Shown piece after piece: positions 8,448 to 18,749 of a stretch of DNA of 64,000 nt. The translations under genes were made by a program, and so were the position numbers. The notes under the pieces were generated by a model. That model made no database searches and was not told where the DNA came from. It was given only the letters and a program-made list of their open reading frames with translations. Numbering within the stretch: position 1 is the first letter of the stretch; each line of letters opens with the position of its first letter. Origin of the DNA: an uncultured virus (IMG/VR IMGVR_UViG_3300011223_000002) (lineage: Duplodnaviria > Heunggongvirae > Uroviricota > Caudoviricetes). The stretch covers positions 124,001-188,000 of the IMG/VR virus record IMGVR_UViG_3300011223_000002, one strand, 5' to 3'.

Positions 8448-9859
8448 GTCTTGGGTTCCTTATTACCTGTATCGCCTTTACCATCTTCCGGATTCTCACT
8501 GATGAAAATGTGAGGGGTAATACCGTTGATGGCGTTCTTGATACCGGCGGTAATTTTGTTATGTTGTTGCATCATCTTTTTAGCTTTTGCAACCGATTGC
8601 TTAGCAACCTTGATTTTTTCTTGCGTGGTAGTTCGGGCGACTTTAACGGCTTCTTCGTCGGTACCCTTACCAGGTGACTGGATAGAGGCCTTCAAATCGT
8701 CCATGGTTTTCTCAGCCGCTTTCTTTTCGTTCTGCAACGCAGTCCCTGTTTTGGAGTGCTTGCGCATTACGGCTAGGAGACCGTCAATCACTTTGCTCGC
8801 ATCCGCTGGGCCATTGAACCCCTGGACGACCTTTGTCAAATCACCGGACTCGTCGGCCTTCTCAGCCAAACGCCCCAAGCCTTGTTTGGCGTTGTTGTTG
8901 ATTTTGACATCTTTCTGAGGCATCTTCTGGATGGCTTTTTTGTTATTCTCCGCCGTGGCAACAAGCTCTTTCTCAAGCTCACTTTCGTCGACGTTCCACC
9001 ATTCCTTGACAGACTCCCACGCTTTGATGATGGCGTCGTAGGCTTTCTTGGCCATCTCCTTCACCGTGTCAAAGCTAATAGCTTCCTGTCCAGCGACGTT
9101 CTGCAGATCAAGGCCATTCAACTTGGCAGTGACCATGAAGTAGTCACAAGCAGAGGTGGGCTCACCGGCCAAGAAGTCTTCCATGCCTTCCAGCAATTTC
9201 AGCTGATGGTTCAGGGAGCAGCCACACCCACAAGCATCGGTTTGGATACATTCCAGCCCACTCACCCAATCGGTCACAGGTGGGGATTCCACAAGGTCAT
9301 AGTCCACCGGCGCAAATTCAGTAACCCCAGAGCAGGCACCTTGGTAACTGGTGATAAAGTCATCCAGTCGGTCGAGGACGTAATAGAGTGTCTGCAGCAG
9401 CCGCGCATCCCGCACGTAGATGTCCGCGCCCTGTTGCATCACCTCGTCCATTGACATGGTGTGATAGCGATCAAACACCTGACGGGCCACATCGAGCAGG
9501 TTGCTAACACTTTGCATTTCTCCAAAGGCGCCCCCGCGGTGGCCCAAAGTGATCAGCGCGGAGGATACCCCTGAAGACATGATACCCTCGTAATGACCTT
9601 CGCGCATGGCATTGCACAGGTCTTGGAGGTATTGGTCGAGTAGTTCGTTGACCTTCAAGAACTCGGGCTCGAAGCGATCAAAATCACGCTCGACAATGGC
9701 CAAGCAATCCATGATCCCCGCGTAGATCGTTTCTTTGTTCGCATCCAACGGAAGATGCCGCCCAATCCGCGCCCTGAGTTCCGGAGTGGGTTGGGAGAGG
9801 ATTGCATCCTGCAATTGTGCCAGTTGGCCAATGACGCCAAACGTTTTAATACTGTCCAT
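8444..9859 (-). CDS. Putative inner-head protein (processed)
   Basis: G-x-E sites (SGLE, EGME, AGQE) followed by an amphipathic helix (KKAYDAIIKAWESVKEWW) shared with its paralogs. Confidence 0.65.
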   Translation of the reverse strand: MDSIKTFGVIGQLAQLQDAILSQPTPELRARIGRHLPLDANKETIYAGIMDCLAIVERDFDRFEPEFLKVNELLDQYLQDLCNAMREGHYEGIMSSGVSSALITLGHRGGAFGEMQSVSNLLDVARQVFDRYHTMSMDEVMQQGADIYVRDARLLQTLYYVLDRLDDFITSYQGACSGVTEFAPVDYDLVESPPVTDWVSGLECIQTDACGCGCSLNHQLKLLEGMEDFLAGEPTSACDYFMVTAKLNGLDLQNVAGQEAISFDTVKEMAKKAYDAIIKAWESVKEWWNVDESELEKELVATAENNKKAIQKMPQKDVKINNNAKQGLGRLAEKADESGDLTKVVQGFNGPADASKVIDGLLAVMRKHSKTGTALQNEKKAAEKTMDDLKASIQSPGKGTDEEAVKVARTTTQEKIKVAKQSVAKAKKMMQQHNKITAGIKNAINGITPHIFISENPEDGKGDTGNKEPKT

Positions 9860-9861
9860 GA

Positions 9862-10347
9862 CTAACCTCTGATCTTCACAGTAACTTGGCCCTTGTAGAG
9901 CTTAGCACGCGAAGCGTCGATGATGAGCAAGTCATCAATGATCCCCAGCTCCACTTCAGCACGCGGCAGATCACGAAGTCCTACCCATTCGCACCAAATA
10001 TTAAACCAATACCCTGTGATTTCTTCCTGGGGGTTGAATACCTGGAGGGTTTCATCGATGGCAGGGTCCAGCCTATCTGTGGGAAAGGCAATGGCCGAAA
10101 GTACACGGGTACTCTCAACCGGGACTTGAGGGATCTCGCTAAACCCTGAGATGTCTTGCGGGATGTTCTTGAAGAGGACGCCGAGGTCCAAGCGGGCAAT
10201 CAGTACCGCATCTTCAGGACGACCTTGGGGAATGAACTTGAAGACATCGCCCCCAACAGCTACCGCCTCGCCTTGACGAGGGATAAGGGTTGATTCGTTA
10301 ACGGCGCTTTCAACAATGACACTTTTGTTGATTAGATTGAGTTGCAT
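9862..10347 (-). CDS. Putative virion structural protein
   Basis: Start MQLNLINK just after the upstream stop; C-terminal LYKGQVTVKI resembles the motif in 7713-8447. Confidence 0.5.
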   Translation of the reverse strand: MQLNLINKSVIVESAVNESTLIPRQGEAVAVGGDVFKFIPQGRPEDAVLIARLDLGVLFKNIPQDISGFSEIPQVPVESTRVLSAIAFPTDRLDPAIDETLQVFNPQEEITGYWFNIWCEWVGLRDLPRAEVELGIIDDLLIIDASRAKLYKGQVTVKIRG

Positions 10348-10351
10348 GGGA

Positions 10352-11386
10352 TTACCCTTTCTTGATGCCCGCTTTGATGACGCGCAGCAGTGCACCGGTT
10401 GCATTTTCGAAGACCGTCTCGAGCGCGCGAATATTGGCCATGGCTGCGTTCAGAGAAACACGAACAGCGGAAGCGTAAGTCCGATCGACTTCATTACGGG
10501 TTCCTTTGATAAGAACCGCGTTAACCGCCGCTACCATCTTGTCTTCCAGCTCATGAACTTTCTTGAACTTCGGCTCGGTGCCGGTCATCATGGTTTCCAG
10601 TTTCGTCAACAGCTTGGTAACCTGATCCGTGCTGGTCATGAAAGTGGCGCCCTTTATTCTGGGCTGTATTCTGAGCGCGTTGTTGTAGGTGATCCGTTGA
10701 CCATTGTCGATCAACAGCATGCCCTTGGGACGGATAAAGAATACGGCACCTTCAGCATCGGGCTTCAGCATCGATTTGAGCGCGTTTTCCATCACATACG
10801 TCAAACGGTGAATGTGTTCGGTTGTCGTCCCTTCAGGAGCTTGTTTGACGTCTTCACAGAAGGTTCTGACTACACCCGCATAGTCCGCAATGAACTGCGC
10901 TGACTTTGCCAGGTCGTCGATTGAATGGTCGACCCAATTCAGGTTGTTAGCAATTTTGCCTGAGCCCAATGGGTAGACCAGTCCAACGCCCGCTGGATAG
11001 GGGACGTCATTATTCGTGACGCCCTTTTCCGCGACCCTGCGTTTCGCTTCATGGATCCCCAGCTCTGTCGCCACTTTCTTACCCGAGAAGAAACTCCACA
11101 ACCATTTGAAGAAATCGCGGATGGTCTGAATAAAACTCGCAGTGGTCTGTTTTACCCAGTCGATGAAACTCTCGTTACCGGTCACAGAAGCCAAGTGATG
11201 GTGTTCATTGCTAAGGATAAAGTTGTACAGACTCTCGAGGCCGTCGACGCGGTCATTCTCGCGCGACAGGAGGGTGTTTTCGCGTTCTTTGAGCGCGGCG
11301 TCAAACCCGGCCTTATCCCCTTCATAAATGTCTTTCAACATCGGTGAAAGTATGTAACGTCGAGGTGTTGTTACAGGTGTAGGCAT
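10352..11386 (-). CDS. Putative inner-head protein (phiKZ gp93-97-type family)
   Basis: DGLES and TGNES sites followed by FIDWVKQT...RDFFKWLWSFF. Confidence 0.65.
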   Translation of the reverse strand: MPTPVTTPRRYILSPMLKDIYEGDKAGFDAALKERENTLLSRENDRVDGLESLYNFILSNEHHHLASVTGNESFIDWVKQTTASFIQTIRDFFKWLWSFFSGKKVATELGIHEAKRRVAEKGVTNNDVPYPAGVGLVYPLGSGKIANNLNWVDHSIDDLAKSAQFIADYAGVVRTFCEDVKQAPEGTTTEHIHRLTYVMENALKSMLKPDAEGAVFFIRPKGMLLIDNGQRITYNNALRIQPRIKGATFMTSTDQVTKLLTKLETMMTGTEPKFKKVHELEDKMVAAVNAVLIKGTRNEVDRTYASAVRVSLNAAMANIRALETVFENATGALLRVIKAGIKKG

Positions 11387-11445
11387 AACAGTTCACCAGC
11401 TAATAGGTTAAGTACATAGCATCCTTTTTAAAGAAAGCAGAAATA

Positions 11446-11485
11446 ACCCCTACCCGCCGGACCCGAAGGCCAGGCGGGTAGGGGT
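11446..11485 (-). terminator. Terminator-like hairpin
   Basis: 13-bp stem ACCCCTACCCGCC/GGCGGGTAGGGGT, followed by TATTTCTGCTTTCTTT on the minus strand. Confidence 0.7.
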
Positions 11486-11515
11486 GTTCAGCACGTCGCC
11501 GAAGCGACGGGAGCA

Positions 11516-12775
11516 TTACACGTGCGCAGCAACCAGGTCCAGCGCTTGCTTGGCCTGAGCGGTCAGCAGCTTGTTGACCTGGGTGGTCAGGGTCGAGCCA
11601 GTGGAGTACAGGGCACGAACGAGTTCGATCGCCTTGCTCTGGGCCGACTTGTCGCCGCCTTCTTTGGCTTTGTTGGCCAGGGTAGCGACGACACGATCAC
11701 GCTCGGCTTTCGAGAACTTCTGCGAGATCTTGCTGTCACGCAGCAGGCTGGCAACGGTGTTGACGGTGTTGAGCAGACCAACCAGTTGAGGCTTGGTGGC
11801 TTTGACCGCGACTTCTTCGCCTTTGGCGAATTCTTTCGCGCCTTCGGTTTTGCCGAAGCTCAGCTTGACCGAACGAGCGGCTGCCAGGACTTCCTTCTCG
11901 TCGCCGAACTTGTCGTTGTACGCCAGGTACACAGCGAAGCCGGCGCGGGAGGCCAGGACGTTGCGCTTGTCATCGGCACCGGACTTCTCGGTCGGTGCGC
12001 CAGCGCTTTCCTTGACCACGGCCTTGATGTCGGCGATGAGGGTGCTGTACGCGGACTTGAAGCCGGCTTCGTTGACGCCGTCCAGGTTCTTGCCGATCTC
12101 GATGAAGGCAGGCAGGGAATCCGACAGGACTTTGGTCCACGGGCCCTTGTCCAGGATATCGGCGCCGTTCTTGGCGTAATCGACACCAACGTTCCAGCCG
12201 CCCAGCTTGATCTTTTCCTTCAGCTTCTCGGCGCCGTCGACTTTCGCTTTCAGCTGCTTGGAGCGGGACTCGAGGCCGGAGGCGGTGGAGACCAGGCCGA
12301 CGAAGAAGGTCAGGAGGTGGTTGAAGATCGCCTTGATGAACTCGGCGGCCTTGGCAGCGCCGTTCTTGACGGTGGCCATGAAGGATTCGGTGCCGGTATG
12401 GGCGGCCAGTTGGGCGCTCGAGGCATCGCTCAGGGATTCCACGCCGACGCGGGAAACGTTGTCACCGCCGAGTTTGGCGTTCAGGCGGGTAGCGCGGTTG
12501 AAGCTTGCAGCGAAACCACCAGCCGAGTACGGAACGGCGCCCGACAGCATGGATTCCATGCCGGCAACTTCTTCGGCCAGTTCTTCGACGGTTTCTTCGT
12601 GCTCGGCCAGTTCCTGGCTCAGGCCCTGGACTTCGCCAGCGACTTCGTTGACGTCAGCGATGACTTCGGCCAGTTCGGCGCGTACGGCTTCGATGGCGAC
12701 TTCGCCTTCGGTGCTGTTGACTTCGGGCTCGTTGAGCATGTTTTCAACACCGGTGATGCGGTTCAGAATGGACAT
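11516..12775 (-). CDS. Abundant inner-head protein (phiKZ gp93-97-type family)
   Basis: Acidic propeptide with TGVE, AGME, VGVE and TGTE sites, then FMATVK...EFIKAIFNHLLTFF; strong C/G-ending codon bias. Confidence 0.75.
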   Translation of the reverse strand: MSILNRITGVENMLNEPEVNSTEGEVAIEAVRAELAEVIADVNEVAGEVQGLSQELAEHEETVEELAEEVAGMESMLSGAVPYSAGGFAASFNRATRLNAKLGGDNVSRVGVESLSDASSAQLAAHTGTESFMATVKNGAAKAAEFIKAIFNHLLTFFVGLVSTASGLESRSKQLKAKVDGAEKLKEKIKLGGWNVGVDYAKNGADILDKGPWTKVLSDSLPAFIEIGKNLDGVNEAGFKSAYSTLIADIKAVVKESAGAPTEKSGADDKRNVLASRAGFAVYLAYNDKFGDEKEVLAAARSVKLSFGKTEGAKEFAKGEEVAVKATKPQLVGLLNTVNTVASLLRDSKISQKFSKAERDRVVATLANKAKEGGDKSAQSKAIELVRALYSTGSTLTTQVNKLLTAQAKQALDLVAAHV

Positions 12776-12823
12776 GGAGTCTTTCCTTTTTCGTTAACGA
12801 AATGAAACGTGTTTATAAACGGT

Positions 12824-13837
12824 TTAAGCGAATACCCCAAGTACACCATGAATGTACTTGTCAGTGTAACCGACAACGCGAGGGGTGAATGCGCTATAAA
12901 ATGCGAGTGCCCCTGTATTGCCGGTCATTAACTTCTCTGCTTCGCCGATGACGGTCTTGCTGACCTCAGTCAACTCACTGAGGTTCCCATCCACACCTTT
13001 GACCATGTCGGCCCAGGATTTGATGAAGCTGAGGTAATTCTCATAGGATGCCTTAACGCGCTTGTGCAGGGCATTAACCTTTTGCAGCTTATTGAGAAGT
13101 TCGCTCAGTTCACTTTTGGAGAACGTCTTTTCAGCACCTTCACCTTCAGGGGTGTCCCCTCCGATAGAATACACCGGCACTGTTCCTTCCTTGTGAGTGA
13201 ACACAAAGAAACGCCCGCCTGGAAGCGGATCGGACTTGCGCGCCTCACCCATAGATTGAGCGAGCTCGAATACTGGGTAGCGCAACCCCTCGAACTCTTC
13301 AATCACCCGATGAACTTCATCAGGCTTTTTGGCGGCCTTGAGTTTCTTCAAGACAAAGAGTTCTTTATCCAGGAAACTTTGCAGGTCCTTGGCGTGCTTG
13401 TCCTGGGATTCGAGTGCCTTGATCAAGGCATCCAGGTCACGCTGCAAGTGGTCGACGTCACCTGAGGCAGTGATGAGAGCCACTTGCTTTGCGGAAAGCT
13501 TGAGGGGGTGGTCGGCGCGCTTCTCGATACCACGCAGGGCGGTGCTGATGAGTTTATCGTTGCTTTCAAAGCTGCGCAGGAGTTGATTACCTGCGGCTGT
13601 GATCGTTTGGATAAACCCATCCAGTGCTTTACCGCCGACCCACTTGCTTACGCTGAACAGACCACGACCCACCGTCTGCAAGCTCTGCAAGGTCTTCTCC
13701 TGGAGACTCTCAGTACCCGTGACGCGGTCGATGGAGTAAACGGTACGCCCCATCTCCATGAGCTCGAGCTGAGCATCCATCAGGTCAACGTGGTCGTCGC
13801 GCGCGTCAGCGTATAAACGCTTGTACGAAAGATCCAT
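12824..13837 (-). CDS. Putative inner-head protein
   Basis: TGTES site; PLPGGRFF motif typical of this head-protein family. Confidence 0.65.
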   Translation of the reverse strand: MDLSYKRLYADARDDHVDLMDAQLELMEMGRTVYSIDRVTGTESLQEKTLQSLQTVGRGLFSVSKWVGGKALDGFIQTITAAGNQLLRSFESNDKLISTALRGIEKRADHPLKLSAKQVALITASGDVDHLQRDLDALIKALESQDKHAKDLQSFLDKELFVLKKLKAAKKPDEVHRVIEEFEGLRYPVFELAQSMGEARKSDPLPGGRFFVFTHKEGTVPVYSIGGDTPEGEGAEKTFSKSELSELLNKLQKVNALHKRVKASYENYLSFIKSWADMVKGVDGNLSELTEVSKTVIGEAEKLMTGNTGALAFYSAFTPRVVGYTDKYIHGVLGVFA

Positions 13838-13849
13838 GATTGAGCTCCG

Positions 13850-15163
13850 TTACTGAGCGCCAAACTCGATCGAGTCTTTGCAGAAACGAATCATGGCGTT
13901 GATGATGAGCGCTACGTAATGAGACCCGGAAGCGCGCAGCTTCAGCAGTTCGATCTGGTGATGATGGATGACCTGCATGTAGTACTTGCCGAGGCGATCC
14001 TTCGTGCCATTGCTGAAGTCCGCTTCAGAGAAATCACGGATGGTGCTCAGGTAGTCGCGGTCATTGATGAGGTACTTCTCACCATTGTCGAAGATACGCC
14101 CCCAGTCATCGAGCAACTTGCGCAATGCGCGAATGACGTCCTTGATCTCTTCGACCGACAGCGCCTGAACTTCGTAACCCGGTTTCGAAATGAACTCACC
14201 GCCCTTCTCGAAATGAGTGCCTTCCTGAGCCACCACCCGGTTGAGCCAGTCAGTAACTTCTTCAACGTCCTTCGCCACTACAGGCTTGACAGTACTGCGG
14301 ACGTCGTAGAAGTAGGCACCGCCCATCATTTCGACCGAGCGCTTCGCCACAACATGCTGCGCGGCGTGGGCAGGGTCAGGGTAGGTGCATTCCTTGAACG
14401 GGTAGGTCGGGATGCTGATGGGCAGGCGCTTCAAGCGTTCTTCGGCGTCGTGTTCGTTCAGCTTACCGAACCCACCAAAGTAGCTGAAAACAGCACCCAT
14501 GGTGTTTTTGTTGTTCAGGTAGTAGTTACCGCTGAGCGCCGAAAGGGTCTGGTTCAGCTTGGTGATATTGCTGACCCACTTCTCATCGACTTTGCCGTTG
14601 ATCTGGAAGCGGTTGAAGGCACGCGAGCCCAATACCAGCTTGCCCTTGCTGCCGAACTGGCGGTGCTCGCTGACAGCACTTTCCACGATGTCGAGCTGCT
14701 TCAGCAAGCTCTCGCGCGATTCGGTGAAGATCACGTACGCATCTTGGAACTGGGCAGTCAGGTGAGCCGTGACTTCTTTGGACTTCTTGAAGAAATCCGT
14801 GAGGAAGTTTTCACACCCAGCCAAGCGCGTCATCAGGTAGTGGTGAGGGGTCAGGGTACGTCCCAGACTTTCGGCACCTTCAACCGCTGACGCGCCATTC
14901 GCTACTGGGATGGTTTGCTCCACGGTGTCCAGGGCCATGGTCAACTGAGTGTCCATTGCCGCAGCAAGTGAAGGGGTTACCTGGTGCTCTTTCAGTGCCG
15001 ACAAGGTTTCACGGACTTCCATGACACGGTCGAAGCTTTTATCGAGTTTCCGCTGGAAATCGTTCAGCTCTGCAGCGGTGGCCGCGGCGTTGACGATTTC
15101 CTGCGATTGGACTGCACTGACAGCTGCCATTTGAGCAGCCAGCAGTTGCGCTTTCTCATCCAT
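13850..15163 (-). CDS. Putative inner-head protein (gp92-like)
   Basis: EGAES and AGCEN sites; SVEMMGGAYF motif; start MDEKAQ. Confidence 0.6.
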   Translation of the reverse strand: MDEKAQLLAAQMAAVSAVQSQEIVNAAATAAELNDFQRKLDKSFDRVMEVRETLSALKEHQVTPSLAAAMDTQLTMALDTVEQTIPVANGASAVEGAESLGRTLTPHHYLMTRLAGCENFLTDFFKKSKEVTAHLTAQFQDAYVIFTESRESLLKQLDIVESAVSEHRQFGSKGKLVLGSRAFNRFQINGKVDEKWVSNITKLNQTLSALSGNYYLNNKNTMGAVFSYFGGFGKLNEHDAEERLKRLPISIPTYPFKECTYPDPAHAAQHVVAKRSVEMMGGAYFYDVRSTVKPVVAKDVEEVTDWLNRVVAQEGTHFEKGGEFISKPGYEVQALSVEEIKDVIRALRKLLDDWGRIFDNGEKYLINDRDYLSTIRDFSEADFSNGTKDRLGKYYMQVIHHHQIELLKLRASGSHYVALIINAMIRFCKDSIEFGAQ

Positions 15164-15668
15164 AGTAGTTTTCCCCGCCGATAAGCATGAGTAGACGTCC
15201 AACGTTAGCGGGTGAAATACCAGCCATCAGACGGTAAAGGTCGTTGTTACCCAAGGTTTCGCCATCGCCAAGCAATGGAGTCGCATTGGGCACGGTTTTC
15301 AGGGATTGGTAGACCGCAGGACCGGCGCGCAGGCGCGAGGCCAATTTACGTTCTTCCATCCGAAGGTGGGTGATGATGGTCTGATGCCCCAGCTTACCGT
15401 TGAGGTAAAGAACAATGTCCTTTACCAGCAAGGCCAGCATCCCACGACCCCGGTCGTAGTTGGCCTCAAGGAACGCTGGGAAGTCAGGGCCTGCGAGGCG
15501 GTACACACGCTGCAAGGTATCGACCGCCACGTGCCCTTCACTTACCAGGGTGTAATCCGTGTAGGTCTCTTTGCGCATGAGGTTGAGCTCTTTGAAGATA
15601 GTGCTCAACTCAGACTCGCTGACGGCGTTGTGAATGAAGCCGTTGGCAATTTGGCGGAAGTTAGGCAT
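15156..15668 (-). CDS. Putative virion protein (gp91-like position)
   Basis: Start MPNFRQ overlaps the upstream stop; translationally coupled within the operon. Confidence 0.55.
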   Translation of the reverse strand: MPNFRQIANGFIHNAVSESELSTIFKELNLMRKETYTDYTLVSEGHVAVDTLQRVYRLAGPDFPAFLEANYDRGRGMLALLVKDIVLYLNGKLGHQTIITHLRMEERKLASRLRAGPAVYQSLKTVPNATPLLGDGETLGNNDLYRLMAGISPANVGRLLMLIGGENYYG

Positions 15669-16539
15669 ACTGACGCTCGATCGATTCGATGGTTTCAGTG
15701 GCTTTGATGATCTCGTCCTGGTATTCCTCGATGCGCAGGTCCAGGTCGGCATCGTTGGTGCCGTTCTTCAGGTTGATGGCCTGAGAGATCTTGGCCGCGA
15801 ACAACTCGTTGTTGGCTCGCAGCTTTTCGATACGCGCCACATTGAGATTCATCTTGACCAGACCGTACCAGAACACCGGGTTCAGGTTGTGGACGCCGAA
15901 CCCGCGCTTGGTCAGGTCGATCTGCCCGCAACCAGTACCTTCCAGCACGGCGAGCGAGGTCTCAGAGATCTCGACGTCAGACAACCCTTCCAGCTCTGCG
16001 ATGAGGACGCGAGCACCGCGCAGCAGGCTGATGGTAACCGACTTGTAGAAGTCCACGGTCCCGTTGATGAACTTCAGGTCCGCCTTGCTCATCAGCGAGT
16101 CGCCGGTCTGCGCTTTCTTCATGTGCAGGTCGAGGAGGACGCTGTAAACCATGTTGCTGTACTGGACCCAGTGCGCGGTGTGCTCGATAAGGTTCAGGAT
16201 GTTGGCCTGACGCAGTGTCAGCAGCTTGCCGTCCCAGACTTCTTCCCGGTAACCCTGGATCATCTTCTTCAGAGCCGGCGCGAGGGCGGCAATGACCAAG
16301 CAACCGTTCTTGGTAGCAGGAACCAGCCCATTGCGGTAGCCGGATTGTTCCAGACCACGGACGATCCCACGAGTCAGTGCCCATTGGCTGATGTCTTGAT
16401 CGAGATTGACCTTGTTGGCCTCGAGACGCTGAATGTTAGCAAACAGGTCATCAGCCGCCACCGACACGTTGTTCAGTTGCGCGATCAGCTCGATCTTTTT
16501 GAACGTCTTGACACCACGGACGTATTCGAAAATGTTCAT
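15661..16539 (-). CDS. Head/inner-body protein (phiKZ gp90-like)
   Basis: 292 aa; NLNPVFWYG then a C-terminal coiled coil; synteny. Confidence 0.65.
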   Translation of the reverse strand: MNIFEYVRGVKTFKKIELIAQLNNVSVAADDLFANIQRLEANKVNLDQDISQWALTRGIVRGLEQSGYRNGLVPATKNGCLVIAALAPALKKMIQGYREEVWDGKLLTLRQANILNLIEHTAHWVQYSNMVYSVLLDLHMKKAQTGDSLMSKADLKFINGTVDFYKSVTISLLRGARVLIAELEGLSDVEISETSLAVLEGTGCGQIDLTKRGFGVHNLNPVFWYGLVKMNLNVARIEKLRANNELFAAKISQAINLKNGTNDADLDLRIEEYQDEIIKATETIESIERQYA

Positions 16540-17651
16540 TAACGGCCCCCGTTGAGCAGTTTAACCAGGTCTTCGAGGGTGTTAGCGCTGCCCTCTTTCT
16601 TTGTCTTTACAGCCAGGTCACGGCGGGTGTAGATTTCCGGCATGACTTGACCAGTCGTGTAGAAGGTGTAGGTACCGCGGTCGTCGTTGCAGACAACAAT
16701 GGTGTTAGCCGACATGACTTTGAAGATCTTCTCGCGACTCGAAGGATTCGCTAACTTCAGACCGATCCCGTATTCGATCTGTGTCATCTCGTCGATCGAG
16801 ATCACCACGCTGTTGGCCATCGAGTTCATCGACAGTACGCCGGTACGAATCGCCTCCAGCTTGTTGTTGGTGTCACGCTTGCTGGCTTCGCGGTAGTAAC
16901 CGGTCATGTCACCGTTCTTCGCCTTGAAGCGCTCACGGATGATGTCGGTGCCGTTGAACCATTCAGGACGGCTGATTTCGCGTGTACGGCGCATCAACGC
17001 CCGCATCTTCAGCCCGTCGTCGCCCTTGGCCGCAGAGAAATAACGGCGCAGGTCATCCTCACTTGCAGGAACTGGGATGGGTCGGAAGGTCAGAGGGATC
17101 TCACGGGCTTTGTCGCCTTCGGTGTAGACCGTGGCGTTTACCACTTTACCTACCGCCAGCGGGGTGTACTCGAGGATTTCCGAATAGGTCTTGCCGTTGA
17201 CGGTGACCTTGTTCTCTTCCGCCGGGGTGTCTTTGCCCATGGCGGCTTTTGGAGCGATGTTCGTATCGACCGCTTCCAGACCTGCCAGCATGGACATCAT
17301 GCCACCGCGGTTCGGGTTGATGCTACCGATCAGGTTTTCCACCCGCACACCTACACCGGCCGGCGACGCCAAGGCCAAATGGGTCAGGGTGGCGACGATG
17401 TCACGCAGGGTCAGGATTTGCAGCAGTTCTTGCATGTACTCTTGCTGCAACAGGTTACGATCGATCAGGATCATCGGACTGAAAAGAGCCCGCGAGGCAC
17501 TGCGATGTACCGAGGTGGTGGAGGCCACATTGTATGCATGTTTGGCCTGGTTGGTTACTTTTGCCGCCGCGCCGATATCACCACTTTCCGGATAGAGCTG
17601 CCTGGCAACGTCCAAAAAGAATGAACCGACATTAAGTACTGTCCCAATCAT
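16539..17651 (-). CDS. Head/inner-body protein (phiKZ gp89-like)
   Basis: 370 aa; AGLE site; LAVGKVVN motif; synteny. Confidence 0.7.
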   Translation of the reverse strand: MIGTVLNVGSFFLDVARQLYPESGDIGAAAKVTNQAKHAYNVASTTSVHRSASRALFSPMILIDRNLLQQEYMQELLQILTLRDIVATLTHLALASPAGVGVRVENLIGSINPNRGGMMSMLAGLEAVDTNIAPKAAMGKDTPAEENKVTVNGKTYSEILEYTPLAVGKVVNATVYTEGDKAREIPLTFRPIPVPASEDDLRRYFSAAKGDDGLKMRALMRRTREISRPEWFNGTDIIRERFKAKNGDMTGYYREASKRDTNNKLEAIRTGVLSMNSMANSVVISIDEMTQIEYGIGLKLANPSSREKIFKVMSANTIVVCNDDRGTYTFYTTGQVMPEIYTRRDLAVKTKKEGSANTLEDLVKLLNGGR

Positions 17652-17684
17652 GAGAGAAACCTCTGTTTGTAAGGTAAAAAGATT

Positions 17685-18749
17685 ATGGCTGAAGACCCGA
17701 GTGAACTGCTTGGCTGGTATTCCAACCCCCTCGGCTTACAACCGCCCGATCGCGAGATAAGCCGAGAGTCCCTCCACGAGTGGTACGACAATCTATTTCG
17801 CGCGAATGGCGGTGGCGGGTATACCACCGCACTGACCAGTCAGTTGCGCAGTATTCAAATTATGGGCCCTGGGCAGCAGCTTATGCCCATTGCCGACGAC
17901 ACCATAGGATTAGCATACGTTTCACGGCCAATGCTGAACCTTTCTGACAAAAACTGCATGCTGCATCCACAGCTATACGCACTCTATCGACCAGACCGTG
18001 GATCGCTGATGGCCTACGTGAAAGGCATGCTTGATCCCGTTTGGGGAGCAGCCAACGCCGGTGACGATACGATCCTCGATCCGCTTAATCCATGGCTAGT
18101 TCCTTGCAGCCGTTTCCTTAAAGTGAGCTCGGGATTCCCTGATCTGAGTCTGGGAACGGGTAACAGTTCGCCAGGTATTCGGAAAGAGACCTACCGGTTT
18201 GTAAACGGCTTGTTGGAAGTCAACCATGACTTCGATATTCAACAGTCCTACTACAACCCTTCACCTGGTTTCCTTCCTTATATGTTCGAAGCCTGGGTGC
18301 ACTACATTGACGGTGTGACCACAGGGGACCACAGTATCGAGCCTCGTTTCCAGGCATTGCGTCAGAACTACCTGGATTACACTTGCCGCATTTACCACAT
18401 CATCATGAACCGCAACATGCGGAACATTGAGTGGATCTTCTGCTGCGGTGGCGGGATGCCTACAACGTTCCCATCAGGCTCTTTCAGTACAATTGACCGT
18501 ACGCAGAACACCCTGCGCGGGCAGGGTCAGGACGAATTAAGTATCAACTTCGCTGTTAACGGCTTCCGTTTCAATAACGTCATGGTAGCCGACGCGTTTA
18601 ACCGTACTACTCTGCGGGTTAACCCCAACATGCACCCTAAGGTGCGCAATGCCCATTACCGTAAACTGTCGTTCCAGGAACCTGCAGACACGAACTATCC
18701 GTGGATCAATGTCCAGACGATGGAAATGGAATACTGGAGTCGTAAATGA
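17685..18749 (+). CDS. Virion tail/baseplate protein (phiKZ gp88-like)
   Basis: Divergent + strand gene; SRPMLNLS and LDYTCRIYH motifs. Confidence 0.7.
   Translation: MAEDPSELLGWYSNPLGLQPPDREISRESLHEWYDNLFRANGGGGYTTALTSQLRSIQIMGPGQQLMPIADDTIGLAYVSRPMLNLSDKNCMLHPQLYALYRPDRGSLMAYVKGMLDPVWGAANAGDDTILDPLNPWLVPCSRFLKVSSGFPDLSLGTGNSSPGIRKETYRFVNGLLEVNHDFDIQQSYYNPSPGFLPYMFEAWVHYIDGVTTGDHSIEPRFQALRQNYLDYTCRIYHIIMNRNMRNIEWIFCCGGGMPTTFPSGSFSTIDRTQNTLRGQGQDELSINFAVNGFRFNNVMVADAFNRTTLRVNPNMHPKVRNAHYRKLSFQEPADTNYPWINVQTMEMEYWSRK

Noticed and set aside
11522..12805. 427-aa + strand ORF
   Set aside because: Mirror of the abundant inner-head gene.
15669..15752. N-terminal extension of ORF 15156-15752 overlapping the upstream gene
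   Set aside because: An ATG at 15668 coupled to the upstream stop explains the gene; no slippery site seen.
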